A program made the translations under genes and the position numbers. Shown in pieces: positions 40,088 to 61,900 of a DNA stretch of 64,000 nucleotides. Source of the stretch: Tubiluchus corallicola (Eukaryota; Animalia; Priapulida); contig JAQGDQ010000071.1 of NCBI GenBank assembly GCA_030141605.1, positions 227,605 to 291,604 on the forward strand, written 5' to 3'. The first letter of the stretch is position 1. Each line of letters begins with the position of its first letter. The notes under the pieces are model-generated. The model saw nothing but the letters and a program-made list of their open reading frames with translations, did no database searches and was not told where the DNA came from.

Positions 40088-42695
40088 AAGGCCCTTCAAA
40101 TTCATTTTTATATATTTGACAAGAGAACAACTGATATGGTTGTGAACAGTATACTCCATACTGCGTAATAGATTCTCCAGGAAGCATGTCTCCAGGAGGA
40201 GCGTTAATGATTAAACTATGCTATTGTTTTATGTCAGCTATTGTCAATTTACCTACAACGTGCAATTAGCTTTTCTGCTATTCTTGTTTGCTAACTATAC
40301 CCTCATTAGGAAACAATGTCAAACAATGAATAAGCGCACCAGAATCTATCATGGCTTCATCTTTCATGATGTCTGGTTCAGGCTACTTAAAAATCTGTTC
40401 AGTCTTGAGTCTCTTTACTGGACGGATTCCAAGGGTGGGACCCAAGAGGTAAGTCTAGTCACACGTTGTCATTATTGTTGTGGCTACAATAAAAGACCAC
40501 AGCTCGCAAACAAAACTGGTTAGGATCATAAAAACTCACAATCGCCACATAAGAAGATATATATGTTTGTATCTCCCTCTCGATCCAAAGGATTTGGGGT
40601 GGGCGGGGTATCCTTCGTTACTCTCGACTGGATCTCCTCCTAAAGTTTTTGAGCTAGGGCCACAATTTTTGGTCTATGGATAGGTCTTGTACAAAGCTCA
40701 ATATAGAAACTCGCAAATTTTTCTAGTATCGAACAGTTGTAGCTCGGGGCATGTTAAATGACAGGTGTTATTTGACGAGGCAAATGTGAACAGCATAAGT
40801 TCCGTCCACATTGGTTGACATCTGATCCCGTGGTCACGGGTCAAAAGCGACAAGTTCCGATTTTAGCATCTATTAATATATAAAATGAAAGTTCTTGTTG
40901 ATGGGTTGGCCTTTGACTCACGAGTTACACAGATCAAAAGGGCAGAAGTTCTAATTTCACTAAAACGAAATGCAATTCTTAGGTAACCTAGCACCTCATT
41001 TAATATTATGATCTTCAGAAAGTTGACCTACAGGTCACGGTTTGGAAAAAATGACAAGTTCAGATTTTACTGAAACTATTTGTATCAAGAACAACAGCAC
41101 ATATATACATATTGGATCCATTCCAAGAATGGAACCTAAATGGTCAGTTCTGTCACGCATAGTCGTCGTTGTCGCCGTCGTCATTATATTGCGGACATGA
41201 TCGGAAAAACCTACAGCTGTGGAATGTGGATGCAGCAAGGAATGGGTCTGGCCTACCTGTAATAGATTCTTGTTTTTGACTTTTTGCGGTGCGGAGTATA
41301 GTTATTTTTGTTCTAGGCTCACCGTAAGGACTTTTAATGACGATTTTGTTATTTAAAATAACACTAAAATAACAATGTTAGTATTCGTTGTACTGTGGTG
41401 TAGGTTAGTTATACGTTACACTGTTTTGCCGCAAGTACAAGAGGTAATTAAGCGAGTACACTCGTGAAAACCCGCTGTTTATCTACAAAGCAATTATCAA
41501 ACAATGATTTGAATTGCAAGATTAGTGGGGGTAATTACCTTGGCAGACAGACTTTTCACTCATTATCTACCCTCACAGAAAAAGAATACGTCACATATTA
41601 ACGTTCTAACTTTTATTTAAAATTTTGACAAGACACTTTGATCTGAGCACTGATAAACACTTTCGGTTAGACCTGTAAGCGGGTGTGTTAAAATGACTTG
41701 TATTTAATATATGAAAACAAAGTATGTCTTCAACGCAAAGAAACTGTTTAAAAGCCATTATTTCTGCAATCTATAGAGTTTCTGATTTTTTTAAAAGTTG
41801 ATTCTAGGACCCGACACACTCATAAAACATATATGCGAGTCATTTACAGGTACTGATGATTAAAATGTGTGTACAAAATAATGCGGGGGCATAAGCTGAT
41901 TTGCTCTGACATGCCGCATCGTATTAAATCTAACAAAATAACGCTTCCGTTTTTATTTATATTTATGATGCCCGTCTACACATGATACATGACATCGTAT
42001 CTCTTGCCAGTAGCTAATAGAAATCTATGTTAATGTTAATATTGGAGACTTGGAATTGACTCGTAACAGAAGAGCGATACTCGCAGGCGATTCCTGTAAA
42101 CAATTCTCATTCGATTGTCAGTAAAAGACTGCCAAACATACTTTGAAGGTTAAACTATAGGCCTGTAACAATTGAAAGCTTTGGCCACACATCGCTTGGT
42201 TAACGTACCATCCCTGTAGGGCGGATCACCTGAGAAACTGGATGGTTAGTTGTGCCTATATAATACTTCTGTTTATACATTCGCCAAATTCAAACGCCTT
42301 CAAAATGTAATTTCGGGGAAAAACAGAAAAAACTAATGGAAATGCTCTGTTTTTAAGACAGATTGAGATGAATTTCAAAAATCTTATTGCTTTATTTCAC
42401 GATCGTACTACTATCATACTCGCCCTGTGGGCAGTATTTGACATCCTGGAACTAGGCAAATACACCACCTTACCTACTACTCTAGATAAAGACAGCTCCC
42501 ACACGTTAGTTTCATTGTGAAATTTCCTTTTTATCATTTCTAGGCAGTGGCTGTAATTTTACTTGAGCAAAAATAATTCTATGCTATTCAGTGACCTCAT
42601 CAGTGATGTAGTTTTTTCCCTGCTAAGAGAGAGAGAGAGAGAGAGAGGGAGAAAAAGCGCTTTCTTGTCTTTCTATTGTTTAGTTGATTAGGTTT

Positions 42696-50569
<7,874 letters not shown>

Positions 50570-51178
50570 AGCGGACATCTGTTTTATATATATAAATATA
50601 TATGCATATAAATCTTATTTTGTTGTCTGTATTACCTCTAATTGCATGTGCCTCTAGATACAAGTTTTGACAGCTTATATCCTATATGTAAGGTTCTTTA
50701 TTTAAAGAACCATAGTTTTAACAATTACGTGTGCGTAACATGTGATAGATTATAGTTGTCTTGTAACTCACGTAATATGCCATAATTTTTTTAATGTAAA
50801 ATAGACGAAGTAAAAAACAAAAATTTTGGTTAGCCACGAAATATACAAATTTTAGAAATAAAATTACAGTTAAAATTAATTAGCGTTGATAAAAAATGAA
50901 TTGGTTGAGCTCGCTGCCAAAGGCTACCGAATGCTGCCCCGTAAGGGTTAATGTTGCTGCTTCCTGCACAAAATACCATAATTTTTGATCTTTATGTGAT
51001 GCTTGCATTTTAAAAATAGTTGGGATTTATACAAGCACAAGTCAATATGTGCTGTAATTGTCTATATCTATCTGCTTCTTCTAGTGCAAACAGTTTGGGA
51101 TGTCTGGATCGCCTATAGATGACTTAACGAGACTGATAAAATGCGGTCCAAAATGGTTGTGAATGTTCATTTTGTAAC

Positions 51179-53440
51179 AATGCAGCATCATGTAAGAAAA
51201 ACCTGCATTATGTATAGCAAATCACAAAATTCGTTATTGCGTTACATTTTTATGCGCTAACAATCATTATGTAACAAATATGGTTAACAACAAAGTAGAT
51301 TGGTCGTGATCTTTGGTTGTGCATTGTTACTTTCTGGGTTTGCTTTATTTTTTGGATTAGATCCGTATAAATCTGTTCTGTAAGTGCTGGTCTGGTTCTA
51401 CATCGGTCTAGTCTGCCTGTGCTACATGTCTGTCTGATGTCTGATCTATTTGAAGTCTGGTTTCGTTTGGGTTTGCTTTGACAAGGGTATCTTTTTACGT
51501 TGGGTACTGTCATAAAAAGAGGGACAATGTCTGAATATAAGTCGTTATTGCAACAAACTGGAAAAATGGTCTCTATTTTTCTCTTCGTAATTGGATATTG
51601 CCTCAAACAAGACTTTAATCAGTGTTCGAATTAAAATCTCGAAGCAAAATACGAGATCAGCATTGCAACCTAAGGGCTGCAATTGGTCTTGAAAAAAATC
51701 GTATTGTTTTTACCCAAGCATCGTCACAATAAGTCGGAAAAATGGTGATTTCCTGACCACACTGATACAGATGGAAAATTCGGAGCTTATCTTTGCAAAA
51801 TGAACAATGCCATCATTGCGAAAAGAACGAGCCAGCAGATGACCATGGAGGAAACACAAATTTTCCATTTTCCCAATACTGCAACGTTGTGACGTCATCA
51901 GTACTTCCGGTTCCAACTAAAGTGACCTTCTATAACTTTTTTGAGAATTGTAGAGTACTTAACTACAGGTGAGGCCTCTGTCGCGATCCCATCTAAAGAG
52001 AGATTCACCTGGCTAAATATCTCCATCAGCGAGACCAGACCTCTGATACATTAGACGCCAGACAGATCAGACATAAGCCAGACCTTTGACTGATAAGACC
52101 CCATGCAGACTAGACCAGACCAACGATAGACTAGGCCACACCGAGCCAGAACCATGCCAATAGCTAGAACAGATAGATGCTGATCCAGTCACATAATTAG
52201 ACCACGCCAGGCCGTGACAAAACCAAACCACAGGCTACGACCAACTCCACCTTAGCTTGTAATATCATGCAAATTTTCTTGTTACAATGATGGTTTAAAA
52301 TCAATAAATTAGCACTAAACTCAACTAAAACTAAATACATTTTATTCAGAGCTCGTAACAAACCTATAAATATGAACAGTATTATAAAAATTGATGGTAA
52401 TGCTGTAGAACAAGTAAGTGAAATGAAGTTCCTAGAGGTTATGTTAAATGAACACCTAGATTGGAAACCACACTTAAACATGATTCATTCTAAAGTTGCT
52501 AAAAACATCGAGTTAAACATTGTTTTACAAAAGAACACATAATCACTCTTTATAATTGTCTAGTACTGCCATACTTAACCTACTGTAATATACTTTGGGG
52601 GCACACCTACCCTTCAACTCTAGTTAAACTAAACTCTCTACAACGTAAATTTACAAGATCGATAGGTAATTTGAACAAGCGTGAACATGTAGGTCTTAAT
52701 CTTTTTAAGAATTATTCTATTCTAGTGCTAAACGATCTAATAAACCTGAATACCGCTGTGTTCATCTGCAAAACCAAACATAAACTTCACCCAGCTTTCT
52801 TTTTAAACCCATTATCTATTAACGTAAGTCATTACTCAACAAGATTTAACGAATTTTGTATTAAGTATTGCAGGACTGACGCGGCAAGGCACTTCATCAC
52901 TAACACTGGCCCTAGACTTTGGAATAACATAAACGAATACATAAAAAATTCTTTATCTATAAATAACTTCAAAAGAAATTTTAAAAATGAAATATTTTCT
53001 AATTATACAGAATAAATCAATTTCATTAATTACACTGCTGTCCCTGTCGTAATTCATTGTGTTGCTGGTTATGTCAATTTTTACATTTCTATAGTTCATG
53101 TTACTTCATACAGATACCATCGCACCTTTCTTCTTCTTTCTATTTTCTATTAACCTTTCTTCTATTCCTTTAGTGCTCTTTTCTATTACACTTAGTCCAC
53201 ATTCATTTGGGGTACTCTAAACAAGTAATTACTTCTTGAGTACCCCACGGGTCATTTGCGGCTTGGCATCTTGAACACATAATAATAAATATATTATTAA
53301 ATACTTTTATGTACAATGCTGTAATGATCATTGTGGATATATTTAATAAATAAATAAATAAATAAAAAATAAATAAATCAATGACGAAATTTGCGATTTG
53401 TTACATAACACACGTTTTTTAATTACATAATGCTGCATTG
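51179..53440. mobile_element. Foldback-type element with long imperfect inverted arms
   Basis: 51179-51238 pairs with 53380-53440; 51371-51465 pairs with ~52030-52173 (gtctg/cagac-rich). Confidence 0.6.
52291..53378 (+). mobile_element. 5'-truncated CR1/L2 (Crack-like) LINE with target-site duplication
   Basis: WFKINKLALNSTKTKYILF, KFL, HLDWKPH, LVLPYLTYCNILWG, GPRLWN; 3' UTR stem GGGGTACTC...GAGTACCCC (53209-53246); (AATA)n tail; CAATGA at 52285-52290 and 53379-53384. Confidence 0.9.
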
Positions 53441-53714
53441 TTGTATAATGACTCTTTTGTTAAATAATGCAGGTTAACAATGTTTGACCGGGCGATGCTT
53501 AGTTTAATGATTTTGGATTACATAACAAAAGTTCAATCAGGGGGCGGATTCATGTACTGTACTTAAGACGGTTTCGTTGTTTTAAGTGGGAGTTTTTAAG
53601 TTGTCGTAACTGGATAAATACTACTGTCATTAATAGTATTACATTATTTTCAAGCATCTTAAAATGGTTGATCGATAGTTTAGAAATACTGGAAATACAG
53701 TAGCAGTAGTTACC

Positions 53715-54686
<972 letters not shown>

Positions 54687-55054
54687 CTGAAACATTAAAA
54701 TGACAAAGACAAGGGCAGAAAAGGCAGTGCTATAGCAAAAACATGTCGCACATTTTAAGTTTCACAATTCTTTCAGTCTTACAAGGTTCTCGCTTGTACA
54801 ACGAAGACACTTTTAAAAGATTTGATTAAGATTTATTTGCCTCAATATGTAGTAATTCGGAACAATGAAGCAAAAGGGCCACTGTCAAAATAATGTATCT
54901 TAAGCACCAAGTTGCATATTAACATTAAATTGCTGTTTTCAATCCGCTTGCAGAAATAATCATTTCAATAAAATAATAACAATGGAGAATGTGCCCTGCA
55001 TATAGGAACACCATATATGAATATACAGTTCTTTGTCAACAATTCTCATAGATA

Positions 55055-55314
55055 TGGACTACATATCTATGTTCTACTGGACTGCAGGGCTACTGGACTA
55101 CATATCTATGTGCTACTGGACTGCATAATAATGTGCTACTGGACTGCAGGGCTACTGGACTGCATAATAATGTGCTACTGGAATACAGGGCTACTGGACT
55201 GCATAATAATGTGCTACTGGACTGCAGGGCTACTTTACTGCATAATAATGTGCTACAGGACGGCATAATAATGTGCTACTGGACTGCATAATAATGTGCT
55301 ACTGGACTGCAGGG
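55055..55314. repeat. Mosaic minisatellite of 23-bp and 16-bp units
   Basis: gctactggactgcataataatgt interleaved with gctactggactgcagg. Confidence 0.9.
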
Positions 55315-56184
55315 GACCCTAGACCGCAGTTCAAATAATAGTACTGCATGCACTATTACTTAAATTGTGCTTAGACTTTGTGCTGTTGTAAATTTCTTCT
55401 AATTTTGTATGAGTGAATTTGTAAATCTTACTGACGTAGCTACACTGACGAACCGAAACTAACGTCGAGGAACATGTTATTGCCTTCTTTGCTGGATTCT
55501 AAAAAGATAGGCGGCTACGCAAAATTTCAGTGCCACTTAGGCACAAGCACAAATTAAATATATTAATTGCTAAAACACTTGTATCAAACATTGGCAACAA
55601 AAGTGTAAATGCGCATTCGGAAAAGCGTGAATAACGCCATCAATGTATAGTGTAGTTAACACCATAGATCTTTGCATTTTACATTTGTTATAATATAGGC
55701 ACTCAATAGTTTAGTTGGTTTATTCCTTTTAATCGTACATCGTGGCTGGGAATCCAAACAACAGAACGTGCTTTATTATCAAAATGGCAACGGCACAACA
55801 AAAACGTATCTATTGCAACAAAATGGCAACGGAACGACCAAGATGTGCTTAGTGCATAGAATTGGCGACAGCGCAACCATGATGACATTGTGTCTTTTGA
55901 ATCGAAATGGCAACGACATGACCATAATGTGCTAAAAAGGCAATCGAAATGTTTAACCTGTTGTCATAATAGTGGTCAACTCCTTACCGTTGTGAAAGAG
56001 CGAAAAGAGTTTATTGTCAATAGCTATTACATTTATAATTAGCGTAGGTAACATATCGTAACTTAACCTTCCCCGCATAGTGGGGTAACCATTTGATAGA
56101 GGTAACAAAACAAAGAGTAATGTAGCACAGAACAATTTATTACATTAAAATATTACTGAAACAATAGAGAATCCATCACGACGT

Positions 56185-56560
56185 CATTATTTTGTGTGGA
56201 AGTTCTACATGCCTTGTACTGTACAGCCTGCAGTTTCGTGGGGTATGATGTCAAAACTCATGGTCCTCCAATACTTCTTCTCAGATGTCTCACAAATTTG
56301 TCTTTGAATACTAATCAAGGGCTTTATCTTAGCTTCCGCGTTGTCTTTACAAGTGGTAGTTCGGTGGGATTAAGGTCCAGCGAATTTCCAGGTCGTTCAG
56401 TTCGATCGAGAAAATCAATCCCAGAGCTTTTGAGTCATTGCTCCGCTCATACTTCTCTAGATTGCAGGCTGCCCCAGATGTATAAACCTTCACACTATAT
56501 GTTGAGGGCGTCATGGATTTTATCATGTTTCAGCAATACTTTGATTTAACAAGTTGCTTC
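56185..56560 (-). mobile_element. Tc1-family transposase remnant
   Basis: GIDFLDRTERPGNSLDLNPTE (cf. WPxNSPDLNPIE) and SYPTKLQAV near the C-terminus; many lesions. Confidence 0.65.
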
Positions 56561-57604
56561 CACTGTATTATTCGTAGTTTTTGTACCCCTAGCAAAAGTT
56601 TTCTGTGTAGCCCCCTTCCTTCTGTATGAAAGCACAGGTAAATCTTTAGTCTCTGCTTGCAAGTAGTGGTTACTACGGTCAGGTCACTCTAATCACCGTT
56701 ATAAAGGGCGAGTACTTAGCTAGAGTAAACAGTCAAAAGATCAAATAAAATAAATAGTAGAAAGCAAGAAAAAAAAATTTTTTGTAACTATTGGGACTTT
56801 TGATCTTCAAACATATAATAGTAAATTCCCGTTATATAGATTTTAACTGGACCGGATGTTGCCATTTATTTAAATATTTATTGCAAACACTTTTTAATTC
56901 TCTATTCCAGATCAATTATTTGAACACTGCAGAATGTAGGCAACAATTTGCCTGAGTCTGCAGCCTTTCTACACATTAAATATTTGGAAATAATGAATGA
57001 TGACTTATAAATAAGAGAAGAGCAGTTTGTTGAAAGCACTTATACCTAATTCTTTTTATATCTAGCCTACTTTCCAAACACTTTAAAGTCATGTATATCA
57101 TAACCGGCAAGTTTAAACACTCGGCATCCGCGATTTTCCAATTATAATTTACTCATCAAACACTTAAATTATGTAATTCATAAAGGTGTGCTGCCTTTCG
57201 TGATATAAAATGTGTAGTGGCAATAACTTTATCACTTCGTTTGTCGGATTTCGTTCAGGAAAGCACTAAGTGAAGATAATGAAGTTAGTAATCAAGAATT
57301 AATGAATTGAATATATAACGTCATCGCTTATATACCTACTTACGTAACTTATAAAACCGTTAAAAGTAGTCTATTTATCTCCGTTAATTTAGGAGATAAA
57401 ATGAACTACTATGTCCAGGATTGCTTTTCTAAATGAGGCAATAAAATGCCGTAATCTTGACTTTTTACTTTTGATATTCAAATTACCGTACATAAAATTT
57501 CTACAGAAATTTCTTCTGTTTCAAAACCTGCATATATATATACCTGAGTAATAATTCTCAAAAGCAGGGACATCACGTGGCATATAAGTGAACTGGACCC
57601 TCTT

Positions 57605-58701
57605 ATGCAACCGTGGTTTTATTTACGTATTTTTTTCAGGCCCCATTCATTATTTCTTCTGAGTCTGCTGTTCATTGCTACGCAGATCGATGGTAAGTAT
57701 GTGTATTCTGTATTTGCGCTTATTATGAATCCTGTTTTTATTTATAGTTTGCTTACTGGATGTGCAGAACTTGTTGTTTATATAGTTCAGTAAGGCCTTC
57801 AGAAACTGGGTGGTTGTGATGAGACCAGAACCTGACTCATTATCAAGGTTAACCTTTTCAGCTGAACCACTGAACCAATCAAGGTGTCTTAGCCATGTGC
57901 GAATGAGGTTAACAGAAAGATCAACCGCCCAGAGGGTTTCCCATCTCGTCACTGACTTCAGCGCTATTTTTGACAATCGTCGCCAAACATGCTGTGAGCA
58001 GTGAGATCTCCCATGGGGCTTATTCCCCCAATGGTGCTAATTTTTTAAACCCGCTTTTATTACTGGACGAAACTTCTTTTCACTGAGAAAGGCCGTTGTA
58101 AAAATTGAATATTAAATGTGACGCATTGCACATTCGTATACATTTGTATAATTTGCTATAGAACTGATGAGTTTACATTATCATCATCGTTACGCTAAAG
58201 CAAAGGTTGCAAACGCTAAAACTTTGGAAAGAGTGAAACAAATCGAAAACGATAAACACGCAGCATTTTCTGGCAAAGTGTAAGTTTGCTTTTTGTTCAC
58301 TTTGATACATGGTAACCTATTCGTAAATGAAGAGCAAATTAAACTCTGTATTCACTTGTTAAAACGTACTGAGCTTAACCTAAAACTTTTCAAGCCTAAA
58401 AAATCTAAACTAGTGTAAAATTACGTAGAAGCAGTAAAAACGGTATTCAATAAAAGCGTTTAAAAATTATTGCATTTAGCACGGTATAAACGATTTCAGC
58501 ATAAAACCTAAATTAATGTAAAATTCACATGCGAAGAATATTAATTATGTAGAGTGTAAAAACTACGTGCTGTGTTGATTTTACTTTGTGTGTCGTAACG
58601 AGAACTGCAAACAAACGTTGTAATGCTTGCAACAAATGTTACAAAATTGATGAAGCCACTTTTTTGAACACAGCTTGTTAGAATGAAATTGAAACCTGAT
58701 A

Positions 58702-58775
<74 letters not shown>

Positions 58776-58802
58776 CACTACTGCTGCTACTACTACTACT
58801 AT

Positions 58803-58855
<53 letters not shown>

Positions 58856-58879
58856 TACTACTACTACTACTACTACTAT

Positions 58880-58962
<83 letters not shown>

Positions 58963-61900
58963 CTACTACTACTACTACTACTACTACTGCTACTACTACT
59001 ACTAATAATAATAATAATAATAACAAAAATTATAGCTAGCTCATTTTTTCTCAGATCTATCGTGTAATTTTATTGGATCATTTTTAGTCAGCCACGTTCA
59101 GGTACCCTCGACGATTGTCTTACAATTTCTGATCCGTGTGTTCCTTATGGACAGGAGAGGTACAGAAGATATGATGGTTCATGCAACAACTTTCAACATC
59201 CAGGATGGGGAGCTGCGGGCACGCACCTGCGCAGAATGTTACCTGCTAATTATTGTGACTCAGGTATTCAGTATTCGTTTATCGTCAGAAATTGTTTATT
59301 TTGTCACTCGAATTTGTCTCTACTGTAATAGCTCGCACGTTTTTATGTACTTAGAGCAGCAGTAGATTATGAGGAAAGAATTTTGCTTATGTATATGACG
59401 TAGCACAAGATCGCTGCGGAGCTTGGCCGATTTAAGATGTCGTTTACCATGTACGAGTAATAGAAGTAGAGCTTTTTAAGCCTGTCTTCTCATAGATATT
59501 GTTTGTTACCTCCATGATCAGGTCTTCTGCAGCTTGTGCAGGGAGCTTGACCTTATTGTACCAGGTTATAGGTTTATGTAATCATTTAAATAAAAATAAA
59601 AGTGAACCACTTTTAAATCTGTTAGTTAATTCAGCAACACAAAAATAAAATGTGAATTACTGATAGTTAACTATTATATTTTAAAACTTCGTAGTATGAT
59701 AAACTTTATAAACTCTGTAAGTTAACTGATCCATCTGCTCGGTTTCTGCATTGCATGTAACACGTTAGTGCTTTGCATAGCCAGAATTTTTGCGTAATGT
59801 CTCTGGCTAGAAAATTATTATTATTATTAAGCGAAATTCGCTTGCTTACTTTTATTTGTGCATGAAGTTGTGTATTGGGTGCAGAGAATATAATGTTACT
59901 GTTATGTGTGCTTAGTAATTTAATATGCGTGAATTGAAAGAACATTCGTTTAAAATGTACACACAGATCCGGTTTGTTACAGTTCAGGAGCCTCGATGTT
60001 CAGTTAACTCTGGAGCCCCTCTGCCCAATCCCAGAGAGATAAGTAACTTTGTTCATAACAACTTGGAGTTCGTATCAATAGAACCAATGTACACTCTGAT
60101 GGTCATGCAGTGGGGACAGTTTCTAGATCATGATATTACCCTAACACCAATTATTGATGATTTTTCTTGGAATGGACCCATACGTAAGTAATATACCAAT
60201 GAAACCTTTGCAAAAACAATTATAACTTAGACTTAAATAAATTAGGTTTCACGATTATTTATACGTGATAGAATGAACCCATATGCATCATAGAATTTTG
60301 AAACTAAACTTGTGTGAAAGGAAGAAAATGTGAAAAAGCCGGACGAGATCTAGATTTGAACCAAATACATTTAGATTACAAGTTCGGTCCCTCCCATGAC
60401 CATTAGACGGCCGAACCTCATAACATAACTTTACTCAGAAGTTTGTCTATTCATTTATTGATTCACTCGTTTAATCCTCATTTATCACTCGTTTAAGCCT
60501 TCATTTATTCGTTCGCTTGCTCATTAATTCAATCAATTTTTCACACAATTTAGTAAGAATTTGGAAACTACTTCTTTTTTGACGTGTTAACACGTGTTGT
60601 GCATTATATTAGCACTACAGTAATATATTCCAACAGTATACCAGCCTATTCCACTAGAGCCGTACAGTTCATGCTCGCTAAAGGAATCTTTTACTTGCTT
60701 ATTCAAAGGAAGTTGTTTTAGTTGTTATATACCATTCGAAGGTTATTGGGGGCATATGGTACTTGTGTATTTGATTTTTCATCAACAGTGTGGCCAAGGG
60801 GCAAAAATTACTCACTCGTATTGTCTAAAAGCGTATATGATTTTCAGCTTTCTTTTTATGCGTTCACAGCATCCAAGTACTTTCTTTACTGGTACTGATT
60901 TCTTGGTAACATATTGAAACAGATTAGGTATTACTGAATCTATCTGTTGACTATGTAATTAAACCATGGAACAAGAACTAAAAAGCCTACATAATTAATT
61001 ATAACTAAAGCATAAGAATATCATTTCTTACTATAAATGCCGACGTTTTTCATCTTTTTCAGAATGCTGTGATCCCAGTCACCCTGATTCATCTAACATT
61101 AGAAAATGTTTATCAATAGAGATTGACCCGTCGGACATTATCTACCCGGACACACCTTGTATTGATGTCCTTCGGTCGGTTGATATTCGCTGTTTCGCCG
61201 CAGGTTTGTTGACTTTTAGTTAATAAATTGTTGCTGACATTCTAGAAGACTTTGTATGAAACCGTTGCTCCAATTGTTGAAACTGACCACTCCTAATTAT
61301 GAATATCACATTCTTATAAAACAATGTTAGGAGTGTTCATATTGGTACTTATCAAGTAGTTTTTGCTAAGAAAGTTCAAAAAGTGATCATTTTATTATCG
61401 TCAAACCTATAAAAACTAAAAAAACTAAATATTTGTATGATTGCATTGACTTTAAGGACGCTCTAATTTTACTTTATTTATTTTATTCATTTACTCATTT
61501 ATTTGATATTATTTTTCTCAGATTTCTAAATTTTTAAAATCTGTGCTGTTTACTGAAAAATTATTAATTACACTTTCGGATTGATAAAGGATACGACACA
61601 AAAAACTGATGAAGGAGCTCACAATAAGAAATGGTCAAGATCGGGCATTGATAAATTGCTAAGAAAAATTGATGTTACTCGCGTAGGTTTATTTTTTAAA
61701 GTTCAGAAATCTCAAAAAAGAATAAAATAAAACGAGTAAATGAATAAAATAAAATAAACGCGTCCGTGAACATAACAACAGTTCGAATGCCTAGTCTTTT
61801 TTAATTTTATAGGCTTAATGGCAATATGTATAAAACGTTTATTTTCTGTGCTTTCTTAGCAGAAACTAGTGGGTGAGGACAAAATTAGAGTACTAAATGG

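Noticed and set aside
40218-40523. YWTD motif followed by a strong donor
   Set aside because: A single isolated motif with no other beta-propeller repeats.
41129-41325. Hydrophobic leader, TGA, then CGC-x8-C as a readthrough or selenoprotein exon
   Set aside because: Another frame equally resembles a SWIM/MULE remnant (KTYSCGMW), it adjoins repeat DNA, and the EGF gene has a good first exon at 42696.
55440-55475. CTGACGA-ACC-GAAAC-TAAC-GTC hammerhead-like string
   Set aside because: Stem II cannot form and stem I does not pair convincingly.
57790-58045. - strand ORF with SVTRWETL in peroxidase intron 1
   Set aside because: At most a weak hAT transposase remnant; too little evidence to call.
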